Source: an uncultured Bdellovibrionales bacterium
GTDB taxonomy: Bacteria > Bdellovibrionota_C > UBA2361 > SZUA-149 > DAOLCO01
Direction: 5' to 3'
DNA length: 64,000 nt
Assembly: GCA_964353175.1 (NCBI GenBank)
Contig: CAYGUX010000005.1
Coordinates: 84,373 to 148,372 of the forward strand
Shown: positions 62,683-64,000 of the stretch, piece after piece
Layout of the letters: each line of letters starts with the position of its first letter
Position numbering within the stretch: position 1 is the first letter of the stretch
The notes under the pieces: model-generated
What the model was told of the DNA's origin: nothing
What the model saw: the letters and a program-made list of their open reading frames with translations, nothing else
Databases searched by the model: none
Position numbers and translations under genes: made by a program

Positions 62683-63393
62683 GTGTATCTGGTGCAAAAC
62701 AGAAAAACTAGCGAGAATGGTTACACTCTAATAGAACTTATTGCGGTAGTAGCCCTTCTCGCCGTTGTTTCTGCATTTTTCATATCTAGATTTAGCTTTT
62801 CAACCGAATGGGCCATTAGAGATTCAATTACTCAATTTGCCAATACTATCGATTTTCTAAAGGTTGATAGTCGTGCAAGACAAGTAAAATATGTAGTAGA
62901 GATAAGCCAAACCAATAATTCATATAAAGTTTGGCAAATTATTACCCCATTGACTCAAACTACTCAGAATGTCGATCTACTTAGTGGTTTTAGGACGAAA
63001 GAAGACGCACTCAGGAGGCAAGAGGAAGAATCATTAGAAGCATTAAAAAATCTATCTTCGAATTATGAATTAGAAGCCATGAATGAAAGCATGCCACTGG
63101 AAGACCAATTCTATGCCATAGCATACTCATCAAGTAACGATAAAGGCCTCAGAATACCCCCACTAGATTCCCCTTCTCTAGTGGAGTCTAAATACTTTAG
63201 CCCTGAGATTAAAATAATCAGTTTTGAATTGGCTACGATCAATCAATTAAATAATCAGAATGACCTACTTCAAATTCCTATATATCCTGGAATGAGCGGT
63301 ACGCCTTTCCAAATTACTTTTCAGGCTAACTCTGAAACTATTAGATTGACTAATAAGAGTGGCTATAAGGGTTTGATTTATGAGAACCTTTAG
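62683..63393 (+). CDS. gspH: Type II secretion minor pseudopilin (GspH-like)
   Basis: Prepilin N-terminus NGYTLIELIAVVALLAV. The GTG at 62692 would give a more typical 10-aa leader. Confidence 0.55.
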   Translation: MYLVQNRKTSENGYTLIELIAVVALLAVVSAFFISRFSFSTEWAIRDSITQFANTIDFLKVDSRARQVKYVVEISQTNNSYKVWQIITPLTQTTQNVDLLSGFRTKEDALRRQEEESLEALKNLSSNYELEAMNESMPLEDQFYAIAYSSSNDKGLRIPPLDSPSLVESKYFSPEIKIISFELATINQLNNQNDLLQIPIYPGMSGTPFQITFQANSETIRLTNKSGYKGLIYENL

Positions 63394-63925
63394 TAGGACT
63401 AATCATTGCTCACTTAGAGCCTTTACACTAATAGAAGTTGCCCTAGCTATTGCGATTTTAGGAATAGGACTCGCAACAATCACTACTCTTAGTACACGTT
63501 TAGTTGATGATACCTTCTATGAGGTAGGTAGATCTAGAGGAACCATACTAGCACTCTATATCTTAGAAACACAGGCAGTTTCTCCTGCTGATGCGACTAA
63601 TGATGAAGACAATGGTAGCCAAAACCAAGCAGGAGCATTGATTCCTAAATTAGAAACATTGGGATACTTTTCAGGATTAAACAGGCAAGAAGATTTTCCT
63701 TACTTAGATGAGCGGTGGACTTATGAATTAAATTTTGAACCTTTGGCTCTTCCGCTATCTGAAAAAACTTATAATATCGTAACATCTGCAGTACGTTGGG
63801 GGCCAAGTGACTTTGAAACAGTACACTTACAATCTATTGTGGAAGTCAAAACTAACAATAATTCAACAAGTGCTGGGGGAATTGGTACCAATGGCACCAA
63901 TAATACCAATGGACTTTCTCCTTAA
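63380..63925 (+). CDS. gspI: Type II secretion minor pseudopilin (GspI-like)
   Basis: Prepilin N-terminus RAFTLIEVALAIAILGIGL. Confidence 0.6.
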   Translation: MRTFSRTNHCSLRAFTLIEVALAIAILGIGLATITTLSTRLVDDTFYEVGRSRGTILALYILETQAVSPADATNDEDNGSQNQAGALIPKLETLGYFSGLNRQEDFPYLDERWTYELNFEPLALPLSEKTYNIVTSAVRWGPSDFETVHLQSIVEVKTNNNSTSAGGIGTNGTNNTNGLSP

Positions 63926-63930
63926 AATAT

Positions 63931-64000
63931 ATGAATTCTAACAGAAATAAAGAAAAAGGCTTTACCTTAGTCGAACTACTATTTGTAGTAATACTTTTAT
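63931..64000 (+). CDS. gspJ: Type II secretion minor pseudopilin (GspJ-like), 3'-truncated by the window end
   Basis: ATG at 63931 gives MNSNRNKEKGFTLVELLFVVIL, a prepilin leader plus hydrophobic helix. Confidence 0.5.
   Translation, partial: MNSNRNKEKGFTLVELLFVVILL

Overview
This 64-kb window comes from a low-G+C, A/T-rich (by eye) diderm (Gram-negative) bacterium. The gene content (Lgt, LpxL-family acyltransferase, BamD-like lipoprotein, a complete T2SS, prkA-yeaH-spoVR) is proteobacteria-like and possibly Bdellovibrionota/Oligoflexia-like, but I cannot place it from sequence alone. The core genes read cleanly. They include prs-rplY-pth-rpsF-rplI on the minus strand and nrdA-nrdB with candidate NrdR boxes upstream. 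dnaG-rpoD on the minus strand is followed by a CAU-anticodon tRNA that resembles E. coli ileX. The prkA-yeaH-spoVR triad is preceded by a single-domain receiver gene. A contiguous type II secretion locus (gspC, D, E, F, G, H, I and the start of J) runs to the window end. Other identifiable genes are tpx, lgt, trmL, a 5-formyl-THF cyclo-ligase, a TlpA-like lipoprotein, an LpxL-family acyltransferase, a NitT/TauT-type ABC transporter and three LivK-family solute-binding proteins with no adjacent permease. The accessory signals are: (i) a 5'-truncated HUH (Y1) transposase at the window start, with a tyrosine recombinase at 8.2 kb bounding a block of hypothetical genes; (ii) a G+C-rich remnant of an IS91-family zinc-finger transposase at 31.7-32.5 kb; (iii) a ~280-nt G+C-rich region of nested perfect hairpins at 39.39-39.67 kb, directly upstream of a frameshifted TPR gene and next to an RHH-PIN toxin-antitoxin pair, which I cannot assign to a known RNA family; (iv) two junctions at 38.1-39.4 kb where adjacent ORFs overlap in different frames, suggesting gene decay; (v) an Rrf2 regulator, a ThiF/MoeB E1-like protein with an unusual C-terminal extension and an unknown 135-aa protein directly upstream of gspC. 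I found no CRISPR array and no rRNA gene. All protein calls rest on motifs I recognised by eye, with no database search, so product names are family-level hypotheses.
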